From Methanoregula sp. (lineage in GTDB: Archaea > Halobacteriota > Methanomicrobia > Methanomicrobiales > Methanospirillaceae): a stretch of 64,000 bases of DNA. The number at the start of each line of letters is the position of its first letter. Positions within the stretch are counted from its first letter, which is position 1. The translations under genes and the position numbers were made by a program. Of this stretch, positions 47,457 to 57,947 are shown in pieces. The notes beneath the pieces were generated by a model. The model was not told the DNA's origin. It did not search any database and was given only the letters and a program-made list of their open reading frames with translations. The DNA lies in contig NZ_DATKKA010000010.1 in the NCBI RefSeq assembly GCF_035543475.1, positions 7,363-71,362 of the forward strand. Direction: 5' to 3'.

Positions 47457-49892
47457 TCACCTAGGATCCTTCTTCTTTGCTTCCGGTATATACCCTTTGA
47501 GGAGAAGCGAGAGGGTGACGACGGTGACCGAGCTCGCGGCCATCGCAAGGGCGGCAAGCTCCGGCCGGAACATGTAGCCGGTGAACGGGTACAGGATGCC
47601 GGCGCCCACCGGGATGAGCGCCGCGTTGTAGGCAAAGGCCCAGAAGATGTTCATCCGGATCCTGCTCATCACTTTTTTGGAGAGTTCCAGCGCCGCCACC
47701 GCGTCGAGCAGGTCGTCACGCACGAGCACGATCTCCCCGCTCTCGATGGCCACGTCCGTCCCGCTCCCGATCGCGATCCCCACGTCCGCCTGCGCAAGTG
47801 CCGGGGCATCGTTGATCCCGTCACCGACAAAGGCCACGACATCCCCCTTCGCCTGCAGGGCTTTGACCTCTGCGGCTTTCTGGTCCGGGAGGACACCGGC
47901 CACCACCCGGTCGATCCCGAGAATCCGGGCAATGCCCTGGGCGGTTCGAGGGTTGTCGCCGGTCACCATGAGGGTGGCAAGCCCGTGTGCCTTAAAACGC
48001 CGGACCGCCTCAGCACTGGTCTCCTTGAGGGTGTCGGCGATCGCGATCGCCCCGGCAAGTCCACCGGAGGATGCCACGAGGATGACCGTTTTCCCGTCCT
48101 GTTCGAACGCAGCAATCCGGGTCTCGAGATCTGCGGGCACTGCGATACCATGGTCCTGCATCAGTGCGCGGTTGCCTGCAAAGACCGGTTCGCCCAGCAC
48201 CTCCGCCGTCACGCCCTTTCCCCCGACCGTATCGAACTTCTCCGCCGGTTCGACCGCAACCCTGCGCTGTGCTGCAGCCCGGACCACGGCCTGCGCAAGC
48301 GGGTGGGCGGAGCTCTTCTCGACCGAGGCTGCAAGGGAGAGGAGCGTCTCTTCGGTAACCCCGGCAGTGACGAGATCGGTCACCTCGGGACGGCCCTTCG
48401 TGAGCGTGCCGGTCTTGTCGAAGATCACGGTGGTCACCCGTTCCGCGGTCTCCAGCGCTTCGCCATTCCGTATCAGGATCCCCAGTTCTGCCCCGCGCCC
48501 GACCCCGACAGTCACCGCGGTCGGCGTGGCAAGTCCCAGCGCACAGGGGCAGGCAATCACGAGCACCGAGATGAGCGCGGTCAGGGCCAAAAGAAGGGTG
48601 GCGTGGAGCACGAAGTACCAGGCAACAAACGCCGCAGCGGCGATGATGAGGACAGCCGGGATAAAGTACGTGACCGCCACGTCCGCGATCCGCTGCACGG
48701 GAGGCTTTGACCCCTGCGCCTCCTCCACGAGCCGGATGATCCGGGCAAGTACCGTGTCCCGCCCGATCTTTGCAGCCTTGACCGAGAGGATCCCGTTCGT
48801 GCTGATCGTGCCGCCGACTACCCGGCTCCCCTTTCTTTTCAGGGGCGGGACCGGTTCGCCTGTGATCATCGACTCGTCCACGTAGCTCTCGCCCGCTACC
48901 ACCTCGCCGTCAACCGGGATCCGGCTGCCGGGTTTTACTACGACAATATCGCCGACCGCAAGGTCCGCGACAGCCACCTCCACCTCTTTTCCTTCGCGGA
49001 TGATGGTCGCGGTCTTTGCCTGCAGGCCGGCCAGTTTCTTTATCGCGTCCGAGGTTCGCCCCTTGGCCCGGGCCTCGAGGTACCGCCCCAGCATGAGAAA
49101 TGCCGCGAGCATGATGGCGGTATCGTAGAACATGTACTCGCTCGTGAGCACAACCGAGAACGTGCCCATCACGCTTGCCACGAAAGCAACGCCGGTACCC
49201 ATCGCGTACATCACGTCCATGGAGAGGACGTGGTTTTTGAGCGATCCCCACGCGGCCCGGAAAATGGGGTACGCAACGTAGACAAAGACCGGGGTGGAGA
49301 CGATAAGCATCCCGTATGCGAGGAGCTGCATGGGGATCCCAAGGGGCACCCACATGAGCACCATCAGGGAGATGGCGACCGCAAAACCAAGAGAGAACCG
49401 GAGCAGCTTGTCGTGGAGGTCGGCATCCCGTGCCGCCTTCTCCGCTTCGTCACTGATCTCTCCTGCAATCCCGAGGTACTGGTACCCCGCATCCTCGATC
49501 GCGTGCCTCACCTCCGGGATCGCCGTAACAGACGGGTTATAGGTAACGTAGGCCTGCTCGTTTGCCAGGTTGACATTTGCCTCAACCACACCGGGCAGTG
49601 CCCGGAGTGCCGCCTCGATGGTCTGGACGCAGGTGGCGCACATCATGCCGCCGACCCGGATCGTCACCTCGCGGTTGATCACGTCATACCCGGCCTCACG
49701 CACGGCCTTCTCGAGATCGTGGATCGAGATCGTGGCCGGGTCATATTCCACCCGTGCAGTCTCGGTCCCGAAATTGACCTGCGCCCCGGCAACGTCCCTG
49801 ACGTTTGCAAGCGCCTCTTCCACGGTGACTGCACAGGTGGCGCAGTGCATCCCGGTGATCTTCAGTTCGGCGTTCTTCTTTTCATCCGGCAT
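47457..49892 (-). CDS. copA: copper-translocating P1B-type ATPase with two N-terminal HMA domains
   Basis: GMHCATC and GMMCATC HMA motifs, a CPC transmembrane motif, DKTGTLT and GDGINDAP. Confidence 0.95.
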   Translation of the reverse strand: MPDEKKNAELKITGMHCATCAVTVEEALANVRDVAGAQVNFGTETARVEYDPATISIHDLEKAVREAGYDVINREVTIRVGGMMCATCVQTIEAALRALPGVVEANVNLANEQAYVTYNPSVTAIPEVRHAIEDAGYQYLGIAGEISDEAEKAARDADLHDKLLRFSLGFAVAISLMVLMWVPLGIPMQLLAYGMLIVSTPVFVYVAYPIFRAAWGSLKNHVLSMDVMYAMGTGVAFVASVMGTFSVVLTSEYMFYDTAIMLAAFLMLGRYLEARAKGRTSDAIKKLAGLQAKTATIIREGKEVEVAVADLAVGDIVVVKPGSRIPVDGEVVAGESYVDESMITGEPVPPLKRKGSRVVGGTISTNGILSVKAAKIGRDTVLARIIRLVEEAQGSKPPVQRIADVAVTYFIPAVLIIAAAAFVAWYFVLHATLLLALTALISVLVIACPCALGLATPTAVTVGVGRGAELGILIRNGEALETAERVTTVIFDKTGTLTKGRPEVTDLVTAGVTEETLLSLAASVEKSSAHPLAQAVVRAAAQRRVAVEPAEKFDTVGGKGVTAEVLGEPVFAGNRALMQDHGIAVPADLETRIAAFEQDGKTVILVASSGGLAGAIAIADTLKETSAEAVRRFKAHGLATLMVTGDNPRTAQGIARILGIDRVVAGVLPDQKAAEVKALQAKGDVVAFVGDGINDAPALAQADVGIAIGSGTDVAIESGEIVLVRDDLLDAVAALELSKKVMSRIRMNIFWAFAYNAALIPVGAGILYPFTGYMFRPELAALAMAASSVTVVTLSLLLKGYIPEAKKKDPR

Positions 49893-50035
49893 AAAAAATG
49901 CACCCTCCCGGAGTGGATCTCTTTTGCATCTTTTTCTTGTTCCCTAATAACGATTCTGAGGAGACAAGAGCAGGTACGAATGGAATATTTATTGCGCTGT
50001 ACGCCAACATGCAGGATATCCAGCGGGGAATGTAC

Positions 50036-50260
50036 ATGAAGGTGACCATCGACCGGATGCAGTGCGTGAGCTGCGGTTCGTGCTGGGACTCCTGCCCGGC
50101 ACTCTTTGTACAGAATGCAGACGACTCGTTCTCCCAAATCGTATCCGAGTACCAGGAAAAGGGGGACCTTGCGTCGAGCGTGGAGCTTCCTGAAGGCATG
50201 GACTGTGCACGCGACGCGGCCGATCTCTGCCCCGCCACAATTATTACCATTGTGGAGTGA
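50036..50260 (+). CDS. small single-cluster ferredoxin
   Basis: MKVTIDRMQCVSCGSCWDSCP...LCP over 74 aa. The internal start was chosen; the listed ORF starts at 49898. Confidence 0.75.
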   Translation: MKVTIDRMQCVSCGSCWDSCPALFVQNADDSFSQIVSEYQEKGDLASSVELPEGMDCARDAADLCPATIITIVE

Positions 50261-50281
50261 CCGCAGGGAACGAAGAACCGG

Positions 50282-50617
50282 TCACTCCCTGATCATCGTG
50301 AGGATCATCCGGAAGCGCTCGTGCGCGAAGACCGCGTGCGGCTTGTTTGCCGGCATGATGATCATCTCACCCGTTTTTACTGTATATGAAGTCCCGGCGA
50401 TCTGCACCTCGGCAGTCCCGTCGGTTACCATGAGCACCGCATCGTAGGGAGCGGTGTGCTCGGAAAGGCCCTCCCCGGCATCGAAGGAAAAAAGGGTGAT
50501 CGTGCCGGCTTTTTTGAAGACCAGCATCCGGCTTGCCACCGTCCCGGGCTGGTACGCGATCAGTTCATTGACCGGCAGTACTTTCTCCCGGATATCTTCC
50601 CGTCCCGTTTCCGTCAT
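50282..50617 (-). CDS. cupin-domain protein
   Basis: 111 aa with cupin motifs (G.GLSEHTAPYD...GEMIIMPANKPHAV). Confidence 0.75.
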   Translation of the reverse strand: MTETGREDIREKVLPVNELIAYQPGTVASRMLVFKKAGTITLFSFDAGEGLSEHTAPYDAVLMVTDGTAEVQIAGTSYTVKTGEMIIMPANKPHAVFAHERFRMILTMIRE

Positions 50618-50771
50618 AACAGGTCACTGCAGAGGGTATGCGCCTGCACCCTGATATCTGTACTGTTGATCCGGACCGGGAACGCGAGACAACAGAAAAG
50701 GAGATTCTCCCCTGCAACCGCATGGTTTAAGAAAGAGCGAACCCGACTTCTCTTCCTCACAGGATGATTGT

Positions 50772-52457
50772 ATGAAATACAGTACTATTCTTTTCCTTGC
50801 ACTCGTGCTCTGCCTTTTCTGCCTCCCGCTTGCCGGGGCAGATACCCGGAGTGCGTCCGCAGGACCCGCGGCCGTCTCTTCCGGCCTTACGGCCCTGAAG
50901 GCCGAAGATGTGACCACTACCGAGACCACGATGGAGCCGGTTACGATGCCGACCGAGGAACCGACCTTTGCTCCGGTTACCGAGACGCCGACCATTGCGC
51001 CGACAACGGAAGCGACCACCCAGCCTACGGAAACGCCAACGATCGCACCGACTACCGAGGAGACAACCCAGCCCACGGAAACACTGACCATAGCACCGAC
51101 AACGGAACCCACCGTGATGCCGACCGAGACTGTCACCACCGAGGAGACCACGTCACCAGTGCCGGGACCGTATGCACCGGTCGCCGACTTCTCGGCTTCG
51201 CCTACCTCCGGCAACGGCCCGCTGACCGTCAGGTTCACGGATACGTCCCTGAACAACCCCACGATGTGGAGCTGGGACTTTGGCGACGGCTCTGATACAG
51301 GTACGACCGGGTCCCCGACGCATACCTACACCGACCCGGGCAGCTACACCGTGACCCTGACCGCGTCCAACCGGTACGGTTCGGACACGATCACCCAGTA
51401 CGACATCGTGACGGTGAACGGCCAGGTGATGAGCAACGGGGCAATCTACGCCCAGTCGGTGCCGGCAGGGGCCGCAATCTACGTGAACGGCGTAAGTTAC
51501 GGGACCTCCCCGGTAACGGTGAACAGCCTGTTCCCCGGCACGTATTCCGTGATGGCCACGTTAAACGGTTACAATACCGATGTGCGGACGGTCACGGTCT
51601 CCCCGGGCAAAACCGCGGGATACTACCCGACCCTCCAGCCATCCCCCAACCCGCCGGGGACTCTTGGTGCGATCTATGCCCAGTCCACCCCGGCCGGGGC
51701 CGGGATCTACGTGAACGGTGTCTATTACGGGACGTCCCCGCGCACGATCAGCAACCTGCTGCCCGGCACCTACTCCGTAATAGCCACCCTTGACGGCTAT
51801 ACCACGAACACGCAGCTGGTGACCGTGACCGCGGGCCAGACAGCCGGTTACTACCCGACCCTCCAGCCATCGCCTTCGCCGGCCCGGACCGGCGCGATCT
51901 TTGCGCAGTCCACTCCTGACGGCGCAGCCATTTACTTAAACGGTGTCTACCAGGGAGTTTCCCCGCTCACCATCACGGACCTTGTTCCGGCTACCTACAC
52001 GATGAAGGCCACACTGAACGGGTACGCTGACGATGTGCAGCGGATCACGATAAGCGCCGGCCATGTCTCGTTCTACTCACCGGTCTTCTACCCGTCGCCA
52101 CCGCCCGTAGGGTCCAAGCAGGGGATCATCGCGGTGTACGCGAACGTGAACGGCGCACAGGTGTTTTTCGACAACACCAATGAAGGGACCATCAGCAATG
52201 GCGTGCTCTTTGTGACAGTCGCAACCACGGGAACCCCCGTCCAGACCGTCAGGGTCGAGAGCACCGGGTACATACCCTATACCACCAGTCTCTCCCAGTG
52301 GCCCGGTGACGGCGAGACGGTAAAAGTGCAGGCAACGCTTGTGCCCGCACCGGTGCCGACCACCACAAAATCCCCGCTGCCGGCCGCGGTCACGATCGGG
52401 GCCCTCGGCGCCGGGGCAATGCTCTTCCTCGCCGTAAACCAGCGCAGGAACCAATAA
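50772..52457 (+). CDS. surface protein: Thr/Pro repeat linker, one PKD domain, several PEGA domains and a C-terminal anchor
   Basis: Signal peptide, a PKD unit (PLTVRFTDTS.NNP..WSWDFGDG), and repeated PEGA-like units (IYAQS.PAGA.IYVNGV.YGTSP.T...L.PGTYSV.ATL.GY). Confidence 0.85.
   Translation: MKYSTILFLALVLCLFCLPLAGADTRSASAGPAAVSSGLTALKAEDVTTTETTMEPVTMPTEEPTFAPVTETPTIAPTTEATTQPTETPTIAPTTEETTQPTETLTIAPTTEPTVMPTETVTTEETTSPVPGPYAPVADFSASPTSGNGPLTVRFTDTSLNNPTMWSWDFGDGSDTGTTGSPTHTYTDPGSYTVTLTASNRYGSDTITQYDIVTVNGQVMSNGAIYAQSVPAGAAIYVNGVSYGTSPVTVNSLFPGTYSVMATLNGYNTDVRTVTVSPGKTAGYYPTLQPSPNPPGTLGAIYAQSTPAGAGIYVNGVYYGTSPRTISNLLPGTYSVIATLDGYTTNTQLVTVTAGQTAGYYPTLQPSPSPARTGAIFAQSTPDGAAIYLNGVYQGVSPLTITDLVPATYTMKATLNGYADDVQRITISAGHVSFYSPVFYPSPPPVGSKQGIIAVYANVNGAQVFFDNTNEGTISNGVLFVTVATTGTPVQTVRVESTGYIPYTTSLSQWPGDGETVKVQATLVPAPVPTTTKSPLPAAVTIGALGAGAMLFLAVNQRRNQ
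50979..51115 (+). repeat. 48-nt in-frame tandem repeat (about 3 units) encoding TETPTIAPTTE(A/E)TTQP
   Basis: Direct reading of 50979-51026, 51027-51074 and a partial third unit. Confidence 0.8.
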
Positions 52458-52470
52458 ATCTTTTTTTTAT
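52458..52470 (+). terminator. oligo-T terminator after the PKD/PEGA gene
   Basis: A T8 run (52461-52468) starts 3 nt after the TAA stop. Confidence 0.5.
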
Positions 52471-52648
52471 TATCCGTCAGGACGGTTGCATTCCCGCTGC
52501 CTGAATCGTATCAGGACGTCCGGCACTACTTTTCTCCTGAACAAGGGGACGACACTTTTGAATGAAAAAAGAATTTCCCCGGCCGGGGGTAAGAACAGCG
52601 CTGCCTCTCTGCAACGCTCGCCGGGAGAATGCCTGTGTACTCCTTTTC

Positions 52649-52897
52649 TTACAGGGATGCCGGGGCAGGTTCGCTCTTCCGGGGGGCACGGACCTCCCGG
52701 ATGACCAGGTAGAGGAGATCGGTGAGGTACCCGAAGAAGGGCAGGATCGCAAGGATGGTCCAGACCGGTGCCAGCATCTTCTGTTCCTTTGCGTCCCGGT
52801 AGATGAGGAATGCAAGGAGCAGCTGGATGACCCAGAGTCCGATCATCAGGATCGGCCCGGCAAATGAGTGGGTATGATACATCATGTACGGTGCCAT
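52649..52897 (-). CDS. small membrane protein (two TM helices)
   Basis: 82 aa with two clear hydrophobic helices. No recognised family. Confidence 0.55.
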   Translation of the reverse strand: MAPYMMYHTHSFAGPILMIGLWVIQLLLAFLIYRDAKEQKMLAPVWTILAILPFFGYLTDLLYLVIREVRAPRKSEPAPASL

Positions 52898-52997
52898 TGT
52901 AAAGTATACATTACGCGACCGTATATAGATTCAGCTCCGGGCAGAACGTTCTCCCGGTCGCAAAGGGTTTTCTCATATCACGGATGTAGGGAATATC

Positions 52998-53600
52998 ATG
53001 GCACGAATTATTCCGTACCTGCTGCCCGGCCTCTTCATTCTTCTCGTGCTCCTTACTGCCGGCTGTACCGGGACAATGCCCGGTGAAAACCAGACGGTCA
53101 CGACTGCCCCGTCCCCGGCAGCCATCCCCACCACCCTGCCTGCAACCGCGGTGGCCGCAAACACAACGATCCCATCGCTGGTGACCACGGTGACTCCGGT
53201 CGCTCCCGCCACGGCCACAACGGTGACGCTGACCACCAGGCCGATCCCGCCGCCCACACTCTCATCGATCAATGTCTACGGGATCAACTACCAGGTCTTT
53301 GCGCTCTCCCGCGATACACAGGGCGTGATCACGACCGGCAACATTACGCTCTCCGGGGTGATCGATTCCCTGTCTGCCTATCCCCTGAAAGTCGTGGTGA
53401 GGGGAGATATGTTCGGCGCCCATTCACCCTTTGACCAGCCCAAGGCCACGGCGTACGACACGGTCTACCTCACGCCACACGGGACAGCGGGGTTTGTGCT
53501 CCACATGGACAACTATGTGTTCAACGACTGGCCGGGATACGCGGTAGAGCCCGATACCTGGAACCTGACGGTGGAAAACGTCTCGGTGGCCACCGGCTGA
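52998..53600 (+). CDS. lipoprotein-like secreted hypothetical protein
   Basis: Signal with LLTAGC lipobox-like motif, followed by a Thr/Pro/Ala linker. Confidence 0.7.
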   Translation: MARIIPYLLPGLFILLVLLTAGCTGTMPGENQTVTTAPSPAAIPTTLPATAVAANTTIPSLVTTVTPVAPATATTVTLTTRPIPPPTLSSINVYGINYQVFALSRDTQGVITTGNITLSGVIDSLSAYPLKVVVRGDMFGAHSPFDQPKATAYDTVYLTPHGTAGFVLHMDNYVFNDWPGYAVEPDTWNLTVENVSVATG

Positions 53601-53609
53601 CGGGGATTT

Positions 53610-54047
53610 TTACTCCACGAACCGTTCCAGCCAGATGTACGGCTTCTCACCGGCAAGGCCGCACTGCCGGAAATAGCCGGAGAGATACCCGTCCGATCCG
53701 GCCACCAGCGTCGAGAGGTAGGCAATCTTCTTCTCCCGGAGGAGATCGAGGAGGGCCTGCATTAAAAGCCGGCCGTACCCGGAGCCCCGGGACACGGGGT
53801 TGACGTAGAAATTATCCAGGTATGCCCAGTGGGAGGACATGATCTTGGAAAAGCAGAACCCGGCGATCTCCCCGCCGTCATCAAGCACAAGGAGAATGTT
53901 TGCCCCGGGTGCCGCGATCCACTCCGCCAGTTCTTCGCGCTCATAGAACCGGATCCGGGGGCTGACCCCAAAGGCCGGATCAGCGGTACCGAGCGCACAG
54001 AGCGGATCGATATCGTCAGGTCCGGCCCTCCGGACGATCGCGGTCAT
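53610..54047 (-). CDS. GNAT-family N-acetyltransferase
   Basis: Acetyl-CoA binding motif (VSRGSGYGRLLM). Confidence 0.8.
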   Translation of the reverse strand: MTAIVRRAGPDDIDPLCALGTADPAFGVSPRIRFYEREELAEWIAAPGANILLVLDDGGEIAGFCFSKIMSSHWAYLDNFYVNPVSRGSGYGRLLMQALLDLLREKKIAYLSTLVAGSDGYLSGYFRQCGLAGEKPYIWLERFVE

Positions 54048-54109
54048 GGTACTGTACGGTAGAAGGCAGCGAAAATGAAGGTTTCTTTACCGGCACAATG
54101 CCCCGCAGG

Positions 54110-54481
54110 TCATGCCCGGTTTCCCGCCCGGCCCTTCCACAAGCCGGCCGCAAGCGGGAGGATGACCATCAGGAGATAGTAGATGTACACGTCCGGCTTG
54201 TAGTACCCGCCTGCCGGCTGGAACAGGAGTACGATGAAGAGGTAATCACAAAGCACCGCGAGTGCGGCCCAGGTAACGGCGAGAAGGGCGTAATATCGGA
54301 TGCCCGCGCCCCGGATGCGGAAAAGGAGCACCCAGAGCGTGATGATGACCCCGACCGGCAGGATCGCCCAGCCGATGAGAGATGCGGGGAGCGCAAAGAA
54401 GAGGAGGATCCCGAGCAGGTAGCCGATGAGCCAGAGGGCCAGACCCCAGCCGATTGTATCGATCAGTACCTGTTTGTCCAT
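54110..54481 (-). CDS. hypothetical membrane protein (four TM helices)
   Basis: 123 aa and strongly hydrophobic. No recognised family. Confidence 0.6.
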   Translation of the reverse strand: MDKQVLIDTIGWGLALWLIGYLLGILLFFALPASLIGWAILPVGVIITLWVLLFRIRGAGIRYYALLAVTWAALAVLCDYLFIVLLFQPAGGYYKPDVYIYYLLMVILPLAAGLWKGRAGNRA

Positions 54482-54555
54482 GGTATTCCTGCAGGAAACC
54501 TATGGAGCTGATGCAGGATAAAGGCAGGGCCCGGGTCAGGTGCATAGAGCACCCA

Positions 54556-55155
54556 TTACCTGCCCAGCAGGAGGGAGAGGAAATAGATGCCAAAGATGAT
54601 GGTAACGACCATCAGGCAGATCGCGATCCTGCCCAGCCAGCGATGGCCCGTGCGGACACCCCCTTTCGCCGTCTTTACCCGGCGGATGCTGTACCCCACA
54701 ACAAGGGTGAGTACCACCAGAAGCCCGGTGGTCACCCCGAGGATCTCGTGGATGTTCCGGAGAGGGGGAAAACCGGAGAGCGCGACCATGTACACACCAA
54801 CCGCTATGCCGGCGATAATACACGATGCGCCGCAGGTCTGGAGAATGGCATGGGACCGGTACCAGTTTCCGGTCTTGTGGTACCGTGCAACGAGAAACCC
54901 GGTAAGGAGGAGGATAAAACCGGTCAGCATGAGGCCTGCATGGTACGGCCAGTAGACCGGTATTCCCTGGCTGAATTGTGCAGCGCCGCCATGTGCCGGG
55001 GGTAAGGGAAGGGCAAGGACGGGACCACAGAGGAGTGCGATAAGGATGACGGGGAGGAGGGCACGGACGATCCCCTTCCCGCCGGGGATCCTACAATATC
55101 CCAAGAGGTATTCTCCCCGCCGGGCTGTAACCGGAACACTGGACAGAAAGGGCAT
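54556..55155 (-). CDS. membrane protein with four His-initiated helices (cytochrome b561-like pattern)
   Basis: Helices start YHAGLM, SHAILQ, IHEILG and GHRWLG after an N-terminal signal/anchor. Confidence 0.6.
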   Translation of the reverse strand: MPFLSSVPVTARRGEYLLGYCRIPGGKGIVRALLPVILIALLCGPVLALPLPPAHGGAAQFSQGIPVYWPYHAGLMLTGFILLLTGFLVARYHKTGNWYRSHAILQTCGASCIIAGIAVGVYMVALSGFPPLRNIHEILGVTTGLLVVLTLVVGYSIRRVKTAKGGVRTGHRWLGRIAICLMVVTIIFGIYFLSLLLGR

Positions 55156-55354
55156 GAGCTGGTACGAGCAATGTTGATAATTCCGGTATTTATTCCTTCA
55201 GAAGATCGTCTGCCTTACGAGTTGTCCCAGGCAGGCGAATACATGATGGGATGGTGATGGGCCGGACAGATCCTGATCCGTGCGGAATTCCATTCCTATA
55301 AAAGGGAATAGTCCCCGGGAGCCTGCTGCGTTCCTGGAATACTCGCGGCCCCGG

Positions 55355-55924
55355 TCAGAGCACATACGGGATCAGCGCCTTTACTTCCTGCCGGTACCGG
55401 GCGTACTCCTCGCCAAACTCTTCTTCGAGATATTTTTCTTCCATCCGGAACTTGATCACAAAACCGGCGAGAAGGATGAGGACACAGGCAAAGATGATGA
55501 AGTACCCGATGCCGATCGCGGTCCCCAGGAGGCCAAGGAGGATCCCCGAGTAGATGGGGTGGCGGACGTACCGGTACGGCCCGGTACGGGTGAGGGTGTG
55601 TTCGGTGCGGATCGTGGGGCGTGCGCTCCAGTTTGACCCGAGGTGGACCCGGGCCCAGACCGCAAAGGCAAGGCCGGCGACCGTGATGAGCAGGCCGGCA
55701 AGGGTAAAGATGAGGCCCGCCGGAACCAGGCGGGCTGCGACGAGCTCCGGCGAGATCCAGCTGACAAACAGGAGGCCGATCACGACCCAGATGACCCCGT
55801 ACATCAGAAACGAGAGCCGGGACTGGGTCCGTTTTACCGGCGACCGGGTCTGCCACGCGGAGATAAGCCAGTACGCGTAAAATACGATCCAGACAAGGGC
55901 AAACAGAAGATCGAAAACCTGCAT
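55355..55924 (-). CDS. isoprenylcysteine carboxyl / phospholipid methyltransferase family protein
   Basis: TGPYRYVRHPIYSG...EEKYLEEEFGEEY is a typical ICMT/PEMT C-terminal signature. Confidence 0.8.
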   Translation of the reverse strand: MQVFDLLFALVWIVFYAYWLISAWQTRSPVKRTQSRLSFLMYGVIWVVIGLLFVSWISPELVAARLVPAGLIFTLAGLLITVAGLAFAVWARVHLGSNWSARPTIRTEHTLTRTGPYRYVRHPIYSGILLGLLGTAIGIGYFIIFACVLILLAGFVIKFRMEEKYLEEEFGEEYARYRQEVKALIPYVL

Positions 55925-56117
55925 GGTATCTTCCCGGCGCCTGCGGGGATCCCGGAAAGGATCACAGGTGCGACCCTCCCCGGCCCACGTCCAGGCGCAA
56001 ATCTCTCACCGGTGTGCGTGCGGCCGGATAATGAAGGTATGCTCACCTGACGGGGGCCGGCCAATCCACCTGCGGGTTTTATAGGCAGTGCCGGCAAGAC
56101 TACCTTCAGATGGCATT

Positions 56118-56981
56118 ATGCAGATCACACCGCATATCCACGCTCTCAGGACACCACTCGGGCCCGATCCCGATCGGTTCGTGCACGTGTACCTCATCTA
56201 CGGGGACGGCATCACGCTCATCGATACCGGGGTTAACGGGACGGAGAAGCTGATCGCGGATTACATCCGTTCAACCCGTCATGACCCTTCGGAGATCAGT
56301 AAGATCATCCTGACCCACGCGCACCCGGACCACACGGGCTCCGCAAAGGTGCTCCGGGAACTCTCGGGCTGCACGATTGCCGCCCACCCGCTGGACGCCC
56401 CGGCGATCGAGCACCCGGACCCGGCACTCCTCAAACCGCCGGCCCCCGGGATGCTGCCTCTCGTGAGCGGAGGGGTGCCGGTCTGTCGGCTGCTTCCTGA
56501 TGGCGGGACGGTCGACCTCGGCAAAGGGCTCATCCTCGAACTGCTCGCCACGCCGGGCCATACCCCGGGCTCCATCTCCCTGTTTTTAACCAAGGAACGG
56601 GCACTCTTTACCGGCGACGCCGTGCAGGCCCCCGGCCGTACCCCGATCTATACCGACCCGGTGGCGCTGGTCCGATCGCTCCGGCGCCTTGCGGCGATCC
56701 CCGATATCCGGCACTACCTCCCTTCGCACGACCTTCCCGCGAAGGGAAAGGAGTCCTACAAGCGTATTGATGAGTCCCTTGCCTACATCCGGCACATCCA
56801 CGCGTTTGTCCAGGAGGCCGTGGCTGCAGGGCCCGGGACGCCGGACACGCTCGCGCTTGCCCACCGGCTTGTTGCAGAGCTCGGGCTTCCCGCCATACCC
56901 CCCCATCATGCAGCCTTTATTGTGCGGACCATTGAAGCCGATCTGAACGCCAAAGGACTGGACGAGCTGCTCAGGGAGTGA
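56118..56981 (+). CDS. metallo-beta-lactamase-fold hydrolase
   Basis: THAHPDHTGS motif. The start was chosen at MQITPH; the listed ORF starts at 56088. Confidence 0.8.
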   Translation: MQITPHIHALRTPLGPDPDRFVHVYLIYGDGITLIDTGVNGTEKLIADYIRSTRHDPSEISKIILTHAHPDHTGSAKVLRELSGCTIAAHPLDAPAIEHPDPALLKPPAPGMLPLVSGGVPVCRLLPDGGTVDLGKGLILELLATPGHTPGSISLFLTKERALFTGDAVQAPGRTPIYTDPVALVRSLRRLAAIPDIRHYLPSHDLPAKGKESYKRIDESLAYIRHIHAFVQEAVAAGPGTPDTLALAHRLVAELGLPAIPPHHAAFIVRTIEADLNAKGLDELLRE

Positions 56982-57025
56982 CCGGGTGAAGGGAGCACAG
57001 GATCGCGGGGAGGCGTGCTGAAAGG

Positions 57026-57772
57026 ATGGATATCGTCTACCTCCTCTGGCAGCGCTCGATGCGGCAGCTCTCCCGCTCCTGGAGCCGCACGGCTATGAGC
57101 GTGATCGTGCCGTTTGCCTTCCTCATCCTCATGGGGGCAGGGCTCAGCGGCGTTGTGGAGATGCCGGGCATTGCGAAAAATTACCTTCTCTTTCTGATCC
57201 CGGGCATGGTAGCGGTGACCGTGATGTTTACCGGCCTGGGGCATGGCATCGAGCTCCAGTGGGACCGGAAGTTCGGGTTCTTAAAAGCGGTGCTCGTCGC
57301 CCCGGTCTCGCGCATGGAGATCGTGCTGGGCCACACGGCCGGCGGGGCAACGACCGCGATCATCCAGGGCCTTGTCCTCCTCTTCCCGGCGCTTCTGGTG
57401 GGATTCACCTTCCCCGGCCTTGCCGGGTTCTGCCTTGCGTTTCTCTTCATGGTCCTTATTGCCATCTCTTTTACAACGGTTGGGGTGGTAATTGCGTCAC
57501 AGATCGGAGATTCGGAGGGGTTCGGGCTTGCGACCTCCCTTGTCACGCTTCCGGTCTTCGGCCTTTCCGGGGCGATCTTTCCCATCAGCACACTGCCTGC
57601 GTGGGTCGAGCCTGTCACGCTCATAAACCCGCTGACCTACAGTGTTGAGGGCATCCGGTACAGCCTGACCGGGATGTCCCAGATCCACCCGGCGATCTGC
57701 CTTGCGGTGATGGCGGGGTTCTGCGTGGTGACGACCGTGGGCGGGGCATACCTCTTCCGGAAGATGCGGTAA
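57026..57772 (+). CDS. ABC-2 type transporter permease
   Basis: 248 aa with six TM helices and the ABC-2 architecture. No ATPase gene lies adjacent. Confidence 0.75.
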   Translation: MDIVYLLWQRSMRQLSRSWSRTAMSVIVPFAFLILMGAGLSGVVEMPGIAKNYLLFLIPGMVAVTVMFTGLGHGIELQWDRKFGFLKAVLVAPVSRMEIVLGHTAGGATTAIIQGLVLLFPALLVGFTFPGLAGFCLAFLFMVLIAISFTTVGVVIASQIGDSEGFGLATSLVTLPVFGLSGAIFPISTLPAWVEPVTLINPLTYSVEGIRYSLTGMSQIHPAICLAVMAGFCVVTTVGGAYLFRKMR

Positions 57773-57947
57773 AAACATCCGTAACTCCCCGCCCGCAGAT
57801 CCGAAACGTTAAACCCCGTCAGTATGATACTCCCCATACGGTAAAGAGCACAAACCCGTTGACGCCGGCATGTTCAGGTCAGCATCCTGTTGCCAGGCCG
57901 GATCCGGTGGGTTGCGCTCCGGTTATTCCGGGTGGAGTGGTTTTTGT

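Noticed and set aside
47199-48885. Plus-strand ORFs of 503 and 412 aa (47199..48710 and 47647..48885) opposite copA
   Set aside because: CopA on the minus strand has all P-type ATPase motifs. The plus-strand products are Arg/Gly- or Ser/Thr/Ala-rich nonsense.
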